A stretch of 64,000 nucleotides of DNA, from NCBI GenBank assembly GCA_002794035.1, contig PCXQ01000003.1, positions 19,451 through 83,450 on the forward strand, written 5' to 3'. The position numbers and the translations under genes are program-made. Below the pieces are notes generated by a model that searched no databases, was not told the origin of the DNA, and saw nothing but the letters and a program-made list of their open reading frames with translations. This DNA is from Candidatus Yanofskybacteria bacterium CG10_big_fil_rev_8_21_14_0_10_36_16 (lineage in GTDB: Bacteria > Patescibacteriota > Minisyncoccia > 2-02-FULL-40-12 > IGHO2-01-FULL-4-A). This document shows positions 1-9,079 of the stretch, piece after piece (the first letter of the stretch is position 1; the number at the start of each line of letters is the position of its first letter).

Positions 1-886
1 CAGGATTGAGAAGGCGAATTTTGAAGCAATAAAATATTTTTATGATGAAGGCATAGACAAAGGCAATGTTCAGTGGTGTGTTATTGCTGGAGCAACTAAG
101 GGGTGGGCAGAAAAAGTTTTCCCTAAGGTTCCACCTGTTGTAGCTCACACCAAGCTTTGGGATTATATTTTTAAAATTACTCGATCTGATAGAGATGATG
201 CTCTTGATGCTTGGGAAAGACATCTTGATTTATTAAGAAGCAGATCCGAAAAATTAAATGATCTTGGTATTGATATGTTAAGATTCCAAGGTGAGGGTAC
301 TGACTTAACTGTTGGCTTATCTCATAAAGCTTTATTTATGAGTGCTTTTGAAAAAACACATCGAGGTATAAGTTATTGCGCCAATATTCCTACCGAAGAG
401 GTTTACACGACTCCTGATCGTAGGAGGACACGAGGACACTTTGCTGCAACAAGACCTGTCTTGGTAGGGGGTAATTTAGTTGAAGGTCTTAAGGTTGTGT
501 TTGATAACGAAGGCGGAGTTGCTAATTTTTCATGCAGGAAAGGTCATGAAGCATTTGAAAAAAATATTACCGCAGATGAGGGTGCCAGATTTTTAGGAGA
601 AGTGGCAAAAGTGGGTGTTGATTCACCAATTTTTGAAAGTGGAATCATATCTAATGAAATTCTTACTGACGAAAATGCCGCATGCCATGTAGCGCTAGGC
701 GGTGCATATAGAACATGTTTCAAAGATTTTGCACAAATTAGCGACGAAGAATATAAAGAACTCGGCTGTAACTATAGTTCCAGACATTTAGATGTGATGA
801 TATCTAATAAAACTACAGATGTTACCGCTGTAACGAGGGATGGTAAAGAAGTATTGCTTCTTAAAAAGGGACGTTGGCAGATTTAA
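1..886 (+). CDS. aminopeptidase, M29 (AmpS/PepS) family, 5' end cut by window edge
   Basis: Open frame from nt 2 with no stops; AmpS-like C-terminal region; stop at 886 followed by hairpin terminator. Confidence 0.75.
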   Translation, partial: RIEKANFEAIKYFYDEGIDKGNVQWCVIAGATKGWAEKVFPKVPPVVAHTKLWDYIFKITRSDRDDALDAWERHLDLLRSRSEKLNDLGIDMLRFQGEGTDLTVGLSHKALFMSAFEKTHRGISYCANIPTEEVYTTPDRRRTRGHFAATRPVLVGGNLVEGLKVVFDNEGGVANFSCRKGHEAFEKNITADEGARFLGEVAKVGVDSPIFESGIISNEILTDENAACHVALGGAYRTCFKDFAQISDEEYKELGCNYSSRHLDVMISNKTTDVTAVTRDGKEVLLLKKGRWQI

Positions 887-897
887 TGCCGTAATTT

Positions 898-929
898 AAA
901 ACCAGCTTAAAAAGCTGGTTTTGTTTTTT
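898..929. terminator. bidirectional intrinsic terminator (aaccagctt-aaaa-agctggtt + T-run; A-run on other side)
   Basis: 9-bp perfect stem flanked by A-run and T-run; sits between convergent aminopeptidase gene and tRNA-Ala. Confidence 0.7.
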
Positions 930-1004
930 GGTGGACCCGATGAGACTTGAACTCACAACCTCCTCCATGCCATGGAGGCGCTCTGCCAGTTGAGCTACGG
1001 GCCC
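929..1004 (-). tRNA. tRNA-Ala (anticodon GGC), CCA encoded
   Basis: Reverse complement GGGCCCGTAGCTCAACTGGCAGAGCGCCTCCATGGCATGGAGGAGGTTGTGAGTTCAAGTCTCATCGGGTCCACCA folds as cloverleaf; G3:U70 Ala identity pair; loop AUGGCAU. Confidence 0.85.
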
Positions 1005-1066
1005 TCACACTCATAAACAATAGGCTTCACTTGTGCCTTAGGGCGTTATTGTTTATGAGTGTGAGG
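1003..1066 (-). other. 20-bp perfect-stem hairpin immediately 5' of tRNA-Ala (leader structure)
   Basis: cctcacactcataaacaata / tattgtttatgagtgtgagg arms with 24-nt loop; lies between murB stop and tRNA 5' end. Confidence 0.6.
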
Positions 1067-1077
1067 ACTGGCCCTTT

Positions 1078-2085
1078 TTATTTTAAGTATTGTACTTCTT
1101 CTTCTAATTCTATTCCGAATTCCTTCCTTACCTTATTTTTAAGGATTTTTGCTATTTTTGCAACATCAGAGGCTTTGCCTCCGCCTTGGTTTAAAATTAA
1201 ATTGCCATGGTAATCAGCGACTTTTATTTTTCCAGTTTTAACTCCTTTTGCTCCCACAAGATCAAGAAGGTAGCCACTTGCTAGTTTGCCATATTTAATT
1301 TTACCTTTATCAATTTTTTTAAACAGATCTATGCGAGTTTTTGCAGGCAGATCTTTTAAAATAATATTTTTAAAAAAACTGCCGGGGCACAAAAGTCCGG
1401 GTTGGTATTTTTGTTCTCGTAATTTAATAATGTCACTTGAAATCTTTTTAAGTTTTTTTGGATTTTCTTTTTTGAATTTAAATTCTGCACCCAATATTAC
1501 CCAGTTTAAGTTTTTTTTAAAGATACTGTTTCGGTAATCAAATTCACACCGGTTTCGAGTAAGCCACATTGCTTTTGGGTTGCTCGTGCTGAGCTGTGCC
1601 GAAGCATCCACAACTTTTACTCTAAGTAAGCAATCCTTTATTTCTTGTCCGTAAGCCCCCGCGCATCCATATATGGCTCCGCCAATTGTTCCGGGTATGC
1701 CTGCCATTTTTTCCATTCCTGTCAATCCTAAAGAATTTAATTTAAAAATAAATTTTAATAAATTTTTTCCTGAGCCAACATTAACTTTGTTGTTGGTTGT
1801 TTGTATGTGTTTAATGCTATTTTGAATAATAAGACCATGGTATCCTTTGTCACTGGCAACTATGTTTGATCCTTCGCCTATGATTTTGCACTTTATTTTT
1901 TTATCTTTGGCCCATAGCATTGCTTCGATTAATTTTTTTTCGGTTTTTGCTACAAAAAAATATTTAGCCGGACCGCCTATTTGCATAGAGGTTAGTTTGT
2001 GGAGAGAGTAGTTTTTTATAAATTTTTTATTAATGTGTGCCAAATAAATTATTATTAAATCTAAAACTAAAAATCCAAAGCTCAA
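1078..2085 (-). CDS. murB: UDP-N-acetylenolpyruvoylglucosamine reductase MurB
   Basis: TSMQIGGPAKYF FAD-binding N-terminus, GSN..., C-terminal KASD..; 335 aa; downstream of murA on same strand. Confidence 0.85.
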   Translation of the reverse strand: MSFGFLVLDLIIIYLAHINKKFIKNYSLHKLTSMQIGGPAKYFFVAKTEKKLIEAMLWAKDKKIKCKIIGEGSNIVASDKGYHGLIIQNSIKHIQTTNNKVNVGSGKNLLKFIFKLNSLGLTGMEKMAGIPGTIGGAIYGCAGAYGQEIKDCLLRVKVVDASAQLSTSNPKAMWLTRNRCEFDYRNSIFKKNLNWVILGAEFKFKKENPKKLKKISSDIIKLREQKYQPGLLCPGSFFKNIILKDLPAKTRIDLFKKIDKGKIKYGKLASGYLLDLVGAKGVKTGKIKVADYHGNLILNQGGGKASDVAKIAKILKNKVRKEFGIELEEEVQYLK

Positions 2086-2230
2086 ACCAAATATAAAATT
2101 TAAAATATCAATTTTTTTATTTTAAAGTCTAGGGGTTTAAACATTGGTTTGGATTTTGAAGTTGGGATTTTGGATTTCAAACCTGAGCCACATACTACAT
2201 CTGATCAATACGAGAGTTGCATATTTTTAT

Positions 2231-3754
2231 CTATAGTTCGCCCAATACGCGGATTTGAGCTCCAATTGAATTTAGTCTTTCAGCAATTTCTTCATATCCG
2301 CGGTTTATTGAGTAAACATTTCTTAGAACCGATGTGCCTTCAGCTGCAAGCATGGCAATTAGAATTATCATGGCTGGCCTTAAGGCAGGGGGGCATACAA
2401 CTTGGGTTGCTTTTAATTTTGTTTTTCCAGATACAAAGACTCTATGAGGATCAGCAAGGGTTATGTTAGCGCCAAGTCGATTTAACTCAGTAAAATAAAT
2501 GGCTCTGTTTTCCCACATCCAATCATGTATTAAAGTAGTTCCTTCGCTTTGTGTGGCTATCGGGACAAAAAAGGGCAGGTTGTCTGAATTTATGCCGGGG
2601 TAGGGTAGGGCGTGTATTTTATCAGCCGAAGACTTTAGTTTTGAAGGCAAAACAGTTATGTCTACCAATTCTGTTTTGCCATTGTATGACTTATACTTTT
2701 TAGATAGTGAAAATTTAAGCCCCATTTTTTCAAGCTTCAACAGCTCAAGTTCTAAAAAGTTTATAGGGGCTCGTTTAATGGTTAATTTGGAGCCCGTAGT
2801 AGCTGCAACCGATATAAACATCATGGCTTCAATGGGGTCCTCGCTGTTGTGATATTCTAGGGGTTTATTGAATTTTGATATTCCATGAACCACTAGGCTT
2901 GTTGTACCAATGCCGTCAATTTTTACGCCCATTTTTTCAAGGAAAAAACAGAGTTCTTGAACCTGATAGTTTGGGGGAGCGAAGCTTATCTTTGTTGTCC
3001 CAGGAATAAGTGCTGATGCCATTAAGACGTTGTTTGTTGCCGTATCGCTTGCTTCATACATTGTTATTTCGGCAGGTTTTAATTTTGTTGTTCGTACGTC
3101 ATAATATCCTCTTTTTGTTTCTATATTTATTCCTAGTTTTTCAAGACCAAACCGGTGTGCAGTAATTGTTCTGTTTCCCATTTTGCATCCTCCTGCATGG
3201 GGAAGGCGGAATGATGGCTTGTTGTGTATAGAAGGCCCTATAAGCATTAAACTAGACCTTACCCTGGAGGCAGACTGACTGTTTATTTTGCTTAGGGATA
3301 ATTTTTTAGGCGGAGTTATTTCTAGACTATGAGTTCCTACCCAGCGAACATTAACCCCCATGCTTTCCATTATTTCGATAAGACGATTTATTTCTTCTAT
3401 TCTAGCTATACCGTGAAGAGTTGTTTTGTTTTGGTTGAGTAATGATGCACACAACAAAGAAACTGATCCATTTTTTGAAAAATTTGTAGTGATACTGCCC
3501 GAAACTTTTTGACCTCCCCTTATTTCAAAGTCTAGGGATTCAGGTATTGCCAGTATTTTTCTATCCAGAATCCTGCTTATTTTTAATAGTTCGCCTGTGC
3601 TAAAATTTTGCTTTCCTGATTCCATGCGGGCAACAGCTGGTTGGGAGGTAGCAAGAGCTTTAGCAAATTGAGCCTGAGATAAACCACGTTGTTTGCGCAG
3701 GTTTTTTATAAATTGTCCTAATTTTTTTTGGGCGGTGGAATCGTATGTTTTCAT
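2231..3754 (-). CDS. murA: UDP-N-acetylglucosamine 1-carboxyvinyltransferase MurA with N-terminal XRE-family HTH domain
   Basis: N-term ~75 aa LRKQRGLSQAQFAKALATSQPAVARMESG (Cro/C1 HTH) fused to full MurA (GSKNGSVSLL.., LPHAGGCKMGNR active-site Cys region, C-terminal GY/AEGTSV); 507 aa. Confidence 0.85.
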   Translation of the reverse strand: MKTYDSTAQKKLGQFIKNLRKQRGLSQAQFAKALATSQPAVARMESGKQNFSTGELLKISRILDRKILAIPESLDFEIRGGQKVSGSITTNFSKNGSVSLLCASLLNQNKTTLHGIARIEEINRLIEIMESMGVNVRWVGTHSLEITPPKKLSLSKINSQSASRVRSSLMLIGPSIHNKPSFRLPHAGGCKMGNRTITAHRFGLEKLGINIETKRGYYDVRTTKLKPAEITMYEASDTATNNVLMASALIPGTTKISFAPPNYQVQELCFFLEKMGVKIDGIGTTSLVVHGISKFNKPLEYHNSEDPIEAMMFISVAATTGSKLTIKRAPINFLELELLKLEKMGLKFSLSKKYKSYNGKTELVDITVLPSKLKSSADKIHALPYPGINSDNLPFFVPIATQSEGTTLIHDWMWENRAIYFTELNRLGANITLADPHRVFVSGKTKLKATQVVCPPALRPAMIILIAMLAAEGTSVLRNVYSINRGYEEIAERLNSIGAQIRVLGEL

Positions 3755-3878
3755 ATCATTTATATCATATATGATATAAAGTAAAATGTTATCAACAATG
3801 AAGTCTTTTTTTTGCTTAAAAAAAATTATTGAAAAAATGCTTAAAAAATGGCATAATTTAGTAACATAACGATGTAAT

Positions 3879-3951
3879 TCTCCCTGTAGTTCAATCGGAT
3901 AGAACGGAGGTTTCCTAAACCTTAAATCCAGGTTCGATTCCTGGCGGGGAG
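3879..3951 (+). tRNA. tRNA-Arg (anticodon CCT), no encoded CCA
   Basis: CTCCCTGTAGTTCAATCGGATAGAACGGAGGTTTCCTAAACCTTAAATCCAGGTTCGATTCCTGGCGGGGAGA cloverleaf; anticodon loop UUCCUAA. Confidence 0.85.
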
Positions 3952-4102
3952 ACTGATTGAATCATTTTCTAAAGTTAATAGGCTGGGTTAATTTTTATAA
4001 ATATTTTATCGAGCTTAGCTCGATAAGGTTCGACAGAATTTTTTAACGTTTCGCGAGGACGCTCCACTAAAATTCTGGACAAAGTGAAACAGTTCACTTT
4101 GT

Positions 4103-4124
4103 CTCCGTGGCGGGGAGACTGATT
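4103..4124 (+). repeat. direct repeat of tRNA-Arg 3' end (tggcggggagactgatt) just upstream of cca start codon
   Basis: 17/17 nt identical to 3941-3957; also forms hairpin gtctcc..ggagac. Confidence 0.7.
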
Positions 4125-4126
4125 AA

Positions 4127-5581
4127 ATGAAAATTCCAGAAGAAATAATAAAAATTTTAAATAAGTTAGAAGAGGCCGGCTTTGAGGCCTATGTTGTGGG
4201 CGGATGCGTACGCGATTTTATTTTAGATATAGAGCCAAAGGATTGGGATATTACCACTAATGCAAAACCAGAGGAAATACAAAAAGTTTTTGGTGAAGAA
4301 AATACTTTTTATGAAAACCAATTTGGTACTGTGGGAATTAAAACGGGATCAGAACCCGAGGCCTTATCTGTAGTCGAAGCGACAACCTATAGAACTGAAT
4401 CGAAATATACCGACAAACGACACCCTGATGAAATAAAATTTGCGGATAAATTGGAAGATGATCTTGGTCGCAGGGACTTTACTGTTAATGCAATGGCTAT
4501 GAATAGCAATGGAGATATCTCAGATCCTTTTGGTGGAGAGGGTGATTTAAAAAATAAGATATTAAAAGCCGTTGGGGATCCAGAAGAACGCTTTAATGAG
4601 GATGCATTACGAATGCTTAGGGCGGTAAGATTTGCTGTGACTATAAATTTAAATATAGAAGAAAAAACTTTTAAGGCCATAGAAAAACATCATGAACTTC
4701 TGAAGATGATATCAAAAGAAAGAATAAGAGATGAATTTAGAAAAATAATCGATTCCAACGGTGCAACACGGGGAATAGAAATACTAAAAGATACAGGGCT
4801 TATGAAATATATAATGCCAGAACTTTTAGAAGGAGTAGGGGTTGGGCAAAATAAGCATCACATATATACGGTTTGGGAACACAACCTTAGGGCCTTGCAA
4901 TATGCTATGGATAAAAAATATTCAACTGTTGTCAGAATGGCCTCTCTTTTGCATGATGTTGGAAAGCCTCAGACGAAGAGAGGAGAGGGAGAAGAAGCTA
5001 CTTTTTATGGGCATGAAATAGTTGGGGCCCGCATGGCAACTAAATTTTTGGACCGTTTGCATTGGCCTAAAAAAGAAGCAGAAGATATTGTGCGCTTGGT
5101 TCGTTATCATCTTTTTTACTATAATGTTGGAGAGGTTACCGAAAGTTCGGTAAGACGGCTTGTTGCCAATATTGGAAGAGAAAACGTTGAAGATCTTATA
5201 AAAGTTCGAGAAGCAGATCGTATTGGCTCAGGTGTGCCCAAGGCCAGGCCTTACAAATTGCGCCATCTAATGTTTATGATAGATAAGGTTTCTCGTGATC
5301 CGATATCTCCCAAGATGTTGGAACTTAATGGGGATGAACTTATGAAACTACTTGGTCTTGAGCCGGGGCCCAAGGTGGGGCTTTTAATAAATGCATTAAT
5401 GGGCGAGGTTCTTGATGATCCAGATAGAAACAATAAGGATTATTTAGTTAACAGAGTGAAGGAACTAAATGAGATGCCCGACAGTGACCTTTTTGAACTT
5501 GCAAAACTTGGACAAACAAAAACTACTGAGGAAGAAGATAGGGAAATTTCAAAAATTAAATCAAAACATTATGTAACATAA
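4127..5581 (+). CDS. cca: CCA-adding tRNA nucleotidyltransferase (class II NTase + HD domain)
   Basis: GGCVRDFILDIEPKDWDITT, RRDFTVNAMA head domain; HD motif LLHDVGK; 484 aa. Confidence 0.85.
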   Translation: MKIPEEIIKILNKLEEAGFEAYVVGGCVRDFILDIEPKDWDITTNAKPEEIQKVFGEENTFYENQFGTVGIKTGSEPEALSVVEATTYRTESKYTDKRHPDEIKFADKLEDDLGRRDFTVNAMAMNSNGDISDPFGGEGDLKNKILKAVGDPEERFNEDALRMLRAVRFAVTINLNIEEKTFKAIEKHHELLKMISKERIRDEFRKIIDSNGATRGIEILKDTGLMKYIMPELLEGVGVGQNKHHIYTVWEHNLRALQYAMDKKYSTVVRMASLLHDVGKPQTKRGEGEEATFYGHEIVGARMATKFLDRLHWPKKEAEDIVRLVRYHLFYYNVGEVTESSVRRLVANIGRENVEDLIKVREADRIGSGVPKARPYKLRHLMFMIDKVSRDPISPKMLELNGDELMKLLGLEPGPKVGLLINALMGEVLDDPDRNNKDYLVNRVKELNEMPDSDLFELAKLGQTKTTEEEDREISKIKSKHYVT

Positions 5582-5624
5582 TTAATTTATAAGGTGGGTT
5601 GGGAGGGGTACAAACAAGCCACTT

Positions 5625-6206
5625 TTGAATAATATGAAATTTGAAACATTCGAAAACACAGTTGGGGAATACGAAAAGGAAGTTGAAAGAATTCAATTAG
5701 AATTAGAAAAATATCTTAATAAGGATGACGCACAAAAAACAACTCGAGAAATATATGATATGGTTCTTGATATTGATGAAAATTTGAATGAACTTCTTAG
5801 TGACCCCAAGGTTTTAGAAAATTATTACTATGACGGTTATATATTTGAATCAAAAAATAAATCTGTAGAAATACACAATGCACCAAATGGTTTAGTAATT
5901 TTAAAAAGTCTAGACGGTGGCATACTGGATAAATTAAGGGAAGACAAAGTGGTAGCAACTAAAGCTTTGTTTGAATGGATTAAGAAATATGCGGATCGTT
6001 CCAAATTTTTATTAACAAGATGGAGAGAAGATAAAACTTTGCGTATGTTTAATCCGAAAGAAATTAAGGAAATTGCAAAGGAGGCAGAAAGATCAAAAGT
6101 TACCTCTCTTTCAAATGAAGAGCAAGAATTCTTTAAATTTTATGAGGAGCAATTAAAAGGGAAAAATGCAGAAAATGGAGAAGATGGAGAAGATGGAATT
6201 AAGTAA
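5625..6206 (+). CDS. hypothetical protein (acidic, coiled-coil-like)
   Basis: 193-aa ORF with no recognised motif. Confidence 0.55.
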   Translation: MNNMKFETFENTVGEYEKEVERIQLELEKYLNKDDAQKTTREIYDMVLDIDENLNELLSDPKVLENYYYDGYIFESKNKSVEIHNAPNGLVILKSLDGGILDKLREDKVVATKALFEWIKKYADRSKFLLTRWREDKTLRMFNPKEIKEIAKEAERSKVTSLSNEEQEFFKFYEEQLKGKNAENGEDGEDGIK

Positions 6207-6225
6207 TAAGGGCGTTGTGTGTGAA

Positions 6226-6297
6226 CGGGCCATAGTGTAACGGTAACATGCACGATTCGGGTTCGTGTGATTCCCGGTTCAAATCCGGGTGGCCCGA
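6226..6297 (+). tRNA. tRNA-Pro (anticodon CGG)
   Basis: CGGGCCATAGTGTAACGGTAACATGCACGATTCGGGTTCGTGTGATTCCCGGTTCAAATCCGGGTGGCCCGA cloverleaf; loop UUCGGGU with G37. Confidence 0.85.
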
Positions 6298-6429
6298 CTG
6301 ATGAGTTTTGGCTAGGAAGTATTGATCGGAGCGATTGAGTGGGAACGAATGAATACTGAGGTCAGCAAGTCGAACGTGTAGGCAGAATATATAGAGCGAA
6401 AAAAATTAAAATAATTTTAACACTTTATT

Positions 6430-6903
6430 ATGTTTAAAAAATTTTGGGAATGGTATGAAAAACATGAGGAATTAAATACTATCGTTTCTGCAGGGCTTTT
6501 TGTCTTGCAGCTGGTCCATCTTTATTGGTTGACTACCGATGTTGTTTTAATGCGTATTTTTGGTATCAGCTTCTTCTTTCAATGGGGAGAAATAGGGGAT
6601 ACTTTGTTGGCTGTGGTGGATTATACAGAGATCCCAGTTTTAATTTCTGTATCTTTGATTTACATAAACTCAATTAGAAAAAATATGGGTAGTAGAGGCA
6701 AAAACATTCTTTACCTTATCTTTTTAAATTCACAATGGTACCATATATTTTGGATTACAGACGAGGTTGTTGTAGAAAGCTTTTTAACTGCCAGTTGGCA
6801 TCCGGTTTTAATTTGGGGAGCTATATTGATTGATTATTTAGAATTGCCAGTTATCTACGATACAATTAAAAAAACAATAAAGACCTTTTTGGTTAGAAAA
6901 TAA
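6430..6903 (+). CDS. hypothetical integral membrane protein (4-5 TM)
   Basis: 157-aa hydrophobic ORF; followed by strong terminator. Confidence 0.55.
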   Translation: MFKKFWEWYEKHEELNTIVSAGLFVLQLVHLYWLTTDVVLMRIFGISFFFQWGEIGDTLLAVVDYTEIPVLISVSLIYINSIRKNMGSRGKNILYLIFLNSQWYHIFWITDEVVVESFLTASWHPVLIWGAILIDYLELPVIYDTIKKTIKTFLVRK

Positions 6904-6917
6904 ATTCAAAATTTCGC

Positions 6918-6954
6918 AAAAAAACATCCCCGCCAAGGCGGGGATGTTTTTGTT
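6918..6954. terminator. bidirectional intrinsic terminator (catccccgcc-aagg-cggggatg)
   Basis: 8-9-bp GC stem, A-run upstream and T-run downstream; between convergent genes. Confidence 0.75.
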
Positions 6955-6975
6955 TGAAAGAATAAAAGAAGGTAA

Positions 6976-7266
6976 TTAGAATCGGTCTCTACCAAATCTG
7001 CCTCCATCTCTCCTCTCTTCTTTAGGTCTTGCTTCATTAACTACTAACTGTCTGCTCTCAAAATCACTTCCATTTAAAGTTTCCACGGCTTTATCAGCGC
7101 CACCATCTTCATCAATAGTTACAAATCCGAAACCTTTGCTTCGGCCTGTGTTTCTGTCTGATATGACGATTGCTTCGCTAACTGTGCCGTAGGATGAAAA
7201 TAAATCCTTAAGCTGGTCATCAGTAGTAGAGTAGGGCAAGTTGCCTACGTATAATTTTTTAGCCAA
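6976..7266 (-). CDS. RNA-binding protein, single RRM domain (glycine/arginine-rich tail)
   Basis: RNP-2 LYVGNL and RNP-1 KGFGFV motifs; RGG-like C-terminus; 96 aa. Confidence 0.85.
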   Translation of the reverse strand: MAKKLYVGNLPYSTTDDQLKDLFSSYGTVSEAIVISDRNTGRSKGFGFVTIDEDGGADKAVETLNGSDFESRQLVVNEARPKEERRDGGRFGRDRF

Positions 7267-7542
7267 AATAATTGTTTAATAAATGCGATACACACAAAGT
7301 GCGCATCTTTAATTTATTAAACCTAACTAATATTCTGTTTTTTACGACCTGGCTGATTCGATAAAATCCGCCTTTACCTACACGTGATCGTAAGATGGTT
7401 TTTAAACTAACAGGCCTTAGCATACTAGCTCAAGAACCACCTCAACGAAAAGAAACGCTTCGGAAATAAAAACAGCACTTTTTAATATTAACACATCTAA
7501 AATAAATTTACAAGGGCTAATAAAAATGATAGACTATTTTAC

Positions 7543-7626
7543 GGAGGAGTCGGATAGTGGTTTATTCCACCGCACTTGAAATGCGGCGGCCGCAAGGCCT
7601 CGTGGGTTCGAATCCCACCTCCTCCG
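7543..7626 (+). tRNA. tRNA-Ser (anticodon TGA), long variable arm
   Basis: GGAGGAG..CCGCA-CTTGAAA-TGCGG..variable arm CGGCCGCAAGGCCTC..GTGGGTTCGAATCCCAC-CTCCTCC-G; discriminator G. Confidence 0.8.
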
Positions 7627-7729
7627 CAATACCCAATCAGCGAATATGCAGAGTAAATAATTGACACAAACTATAAGTTTGTGCTATTTTATTTTATGGT
7701 TACTTAATCTAGATTATAGGGGAAAAACA

Positions 7730-8065
7730 ATGCTTAGAAAGATACAAAGATTTTTTGAAAAAATTATCATAAATTATTATTCTGATAAAATTTGGTCAAT
7801 TCCTATTTATCATGACGGGGATCAATTTCCCAATCTTGAAGATTTAGAGGAAATGGAAGGGGTAGCTATAGATGCATATAATTACATGCGTGGAACAGAT
7901 AGACTTGGTGCTGGTGATTTTTCTGATGATTCTAAAATCCTTGCAGTTAGAACAGTCGCTTATCAACTCGGTATTTCTATCAGAAAAGTAATTAATCAAT
8001 GTGAAATATGTATTTTGCCATGGGCTGGTTTTCACGGTAAAATTATGGCGAGAATGAAAGCGTAG
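7730..8065 (+). CDS. hypothetical small protein (CxxC near C-terminus)
   Basis: ORF open from 7661 but SD-like aggggaaaaacaATG at 7730; 111 aa. Confidence 0.45.
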   Translation: MLRKIQRFFEKIIINYYSDKIWSIPIYHDGDQFPNLEDLEEMEGVAIDAYNYMRGTDRLGAGDFSDDSKILAVRTVAYQLGISIRKVINQCEICILPWAGFHGKIMARMKA

Positions 8066-8103
8066 TCATGAGTATGCGCCTGTAATTTATTATACGGGCG
8101 TTT

Positions 8104-8140
8104 TGTTTTATTTTAAAAAACCAGCCCGTGTTAGGGCTGG
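8104..8140 (-). terminator. intrinsic terminator for minus-strand gene 8153-8392 (ccagccc-gtgtta-gggctgg, T-run on minus strand)
   Basis: 7-bp GC stem; on minus strand followed by ttttttt. Confidence 0.6.
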
Positions 8141-8152
8141 TGGGGAAGGGAG

Positions 8153-8392
8153 CTAATTTACAGAAGTTCCGGAAGTTAAATATTGAAATAAATTTTCTTC
8201 ATTTACCTCTCCTTCGTAAAGTTCATAAACCTCTCTTAAAATATCCACGACTCTTCTTTGCGCTCTTTGAGCAATATTTTGTAAAAGTTCATCAGCTTTT
8301 TTTGATAGGTTAACGCTTTGTGCATTTGAGTCTTCGTCATTTGTCCAAAAAAGAATTCTTGGCATAAGGCACCTCCAATCAGAAAATATCAT
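8153..8392 (-). CDS. hypothetical small protein, possible ribbon-helix-helix DNA-binding fold
   Basis: 79-aa ORF; predicted strand (SVNLSK) followed by two helices; no partner toxin gene seen. Confidence 0.4.
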   Translation of the reverse strand: MIFSDWRCLMPRILFWTNDEDSNAQSVNLSKKADELLQNIAQRAQRRVVDILREVYELYEGEVNEENLFQYLTSGTSVN

Positions 8393-9079
8393 TTGTAGGG
8401 TATCATTAGTTGCTATTTTAGCGCAAATTAGATTTAATTTTTTATATAAAAAATGATTATAATAAGTATATAAACATTAATAAATAACATTATTAAAGAT
8501 TGATAGTTATTATTAAATAAGATCTAAATTACTTAAAAAATAATAAAGACATACAACAACATATAAACTAAGAAAGAACTATTTGAATTATAAAACATGA
8601 TAAATTTAAGGCTTTTAAATTAATTAATATTAATATATAAAACTTCTAAAATCTAAAAAATATAAATTGAATATTGTAAAGATAATTTTAATTATTTATA
8701 GGTTATTTTTTATAAAATTTTATGAATTTGACTTATTTGGGGAGTAGATTTGTATTTGGACAATTTTGAATATCCTTGTAAAGTTAGCGTATTTTTTAGA
8801 CAACGTGACTTCCTTACCGGTAATTATTTTTAGCAAACTTGGAGGGATGGGGTTGAATAGTTATTGAATAGCTTTAAATTTTGGTTCTGTTTAAACTTTT
8901 GGGTGTAGGTTGTTTTATGGTTTTTGTGCAAAATTTAGTCATTTTTTATAAAAAATTTAAAGGCACTTTTTATTTCTTGTTTTTTAAAAATTATCCACAA
9001 TTTTTATTGCTGGGGTAAATTATATGTGAGATAATGATTGTAGCACGAGATAGTTAATAAACACTAAGGATATCGGTGT
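8393..9079. other. ~690-bp very AT-rich non-coding region
   Basis: No ORF >60 aa on either strand; A/T homopolymer tracts; one consensus DnaA-box-like ttatccaca at ~8993. Confidence 0.6.

Noticed and set aside
947-1213. 88-aa ORF on + strand
   Set aside because: Overlaps tRNA-Ala and the leader hairpin; translation is low-complexity; spurious.
8990-9001. Perfect DnaA-box 9-mers (ttatccaca at ~8993; tgtggataa at ~18382) and the AT-rich region as possible oriC
   Set aside because: Only single isolated boxes. About 0.5 perfect 9-mers are expected by chance per 64 kb on both strands. There is no dnaA/dnaN nearby and no clustered boxes.
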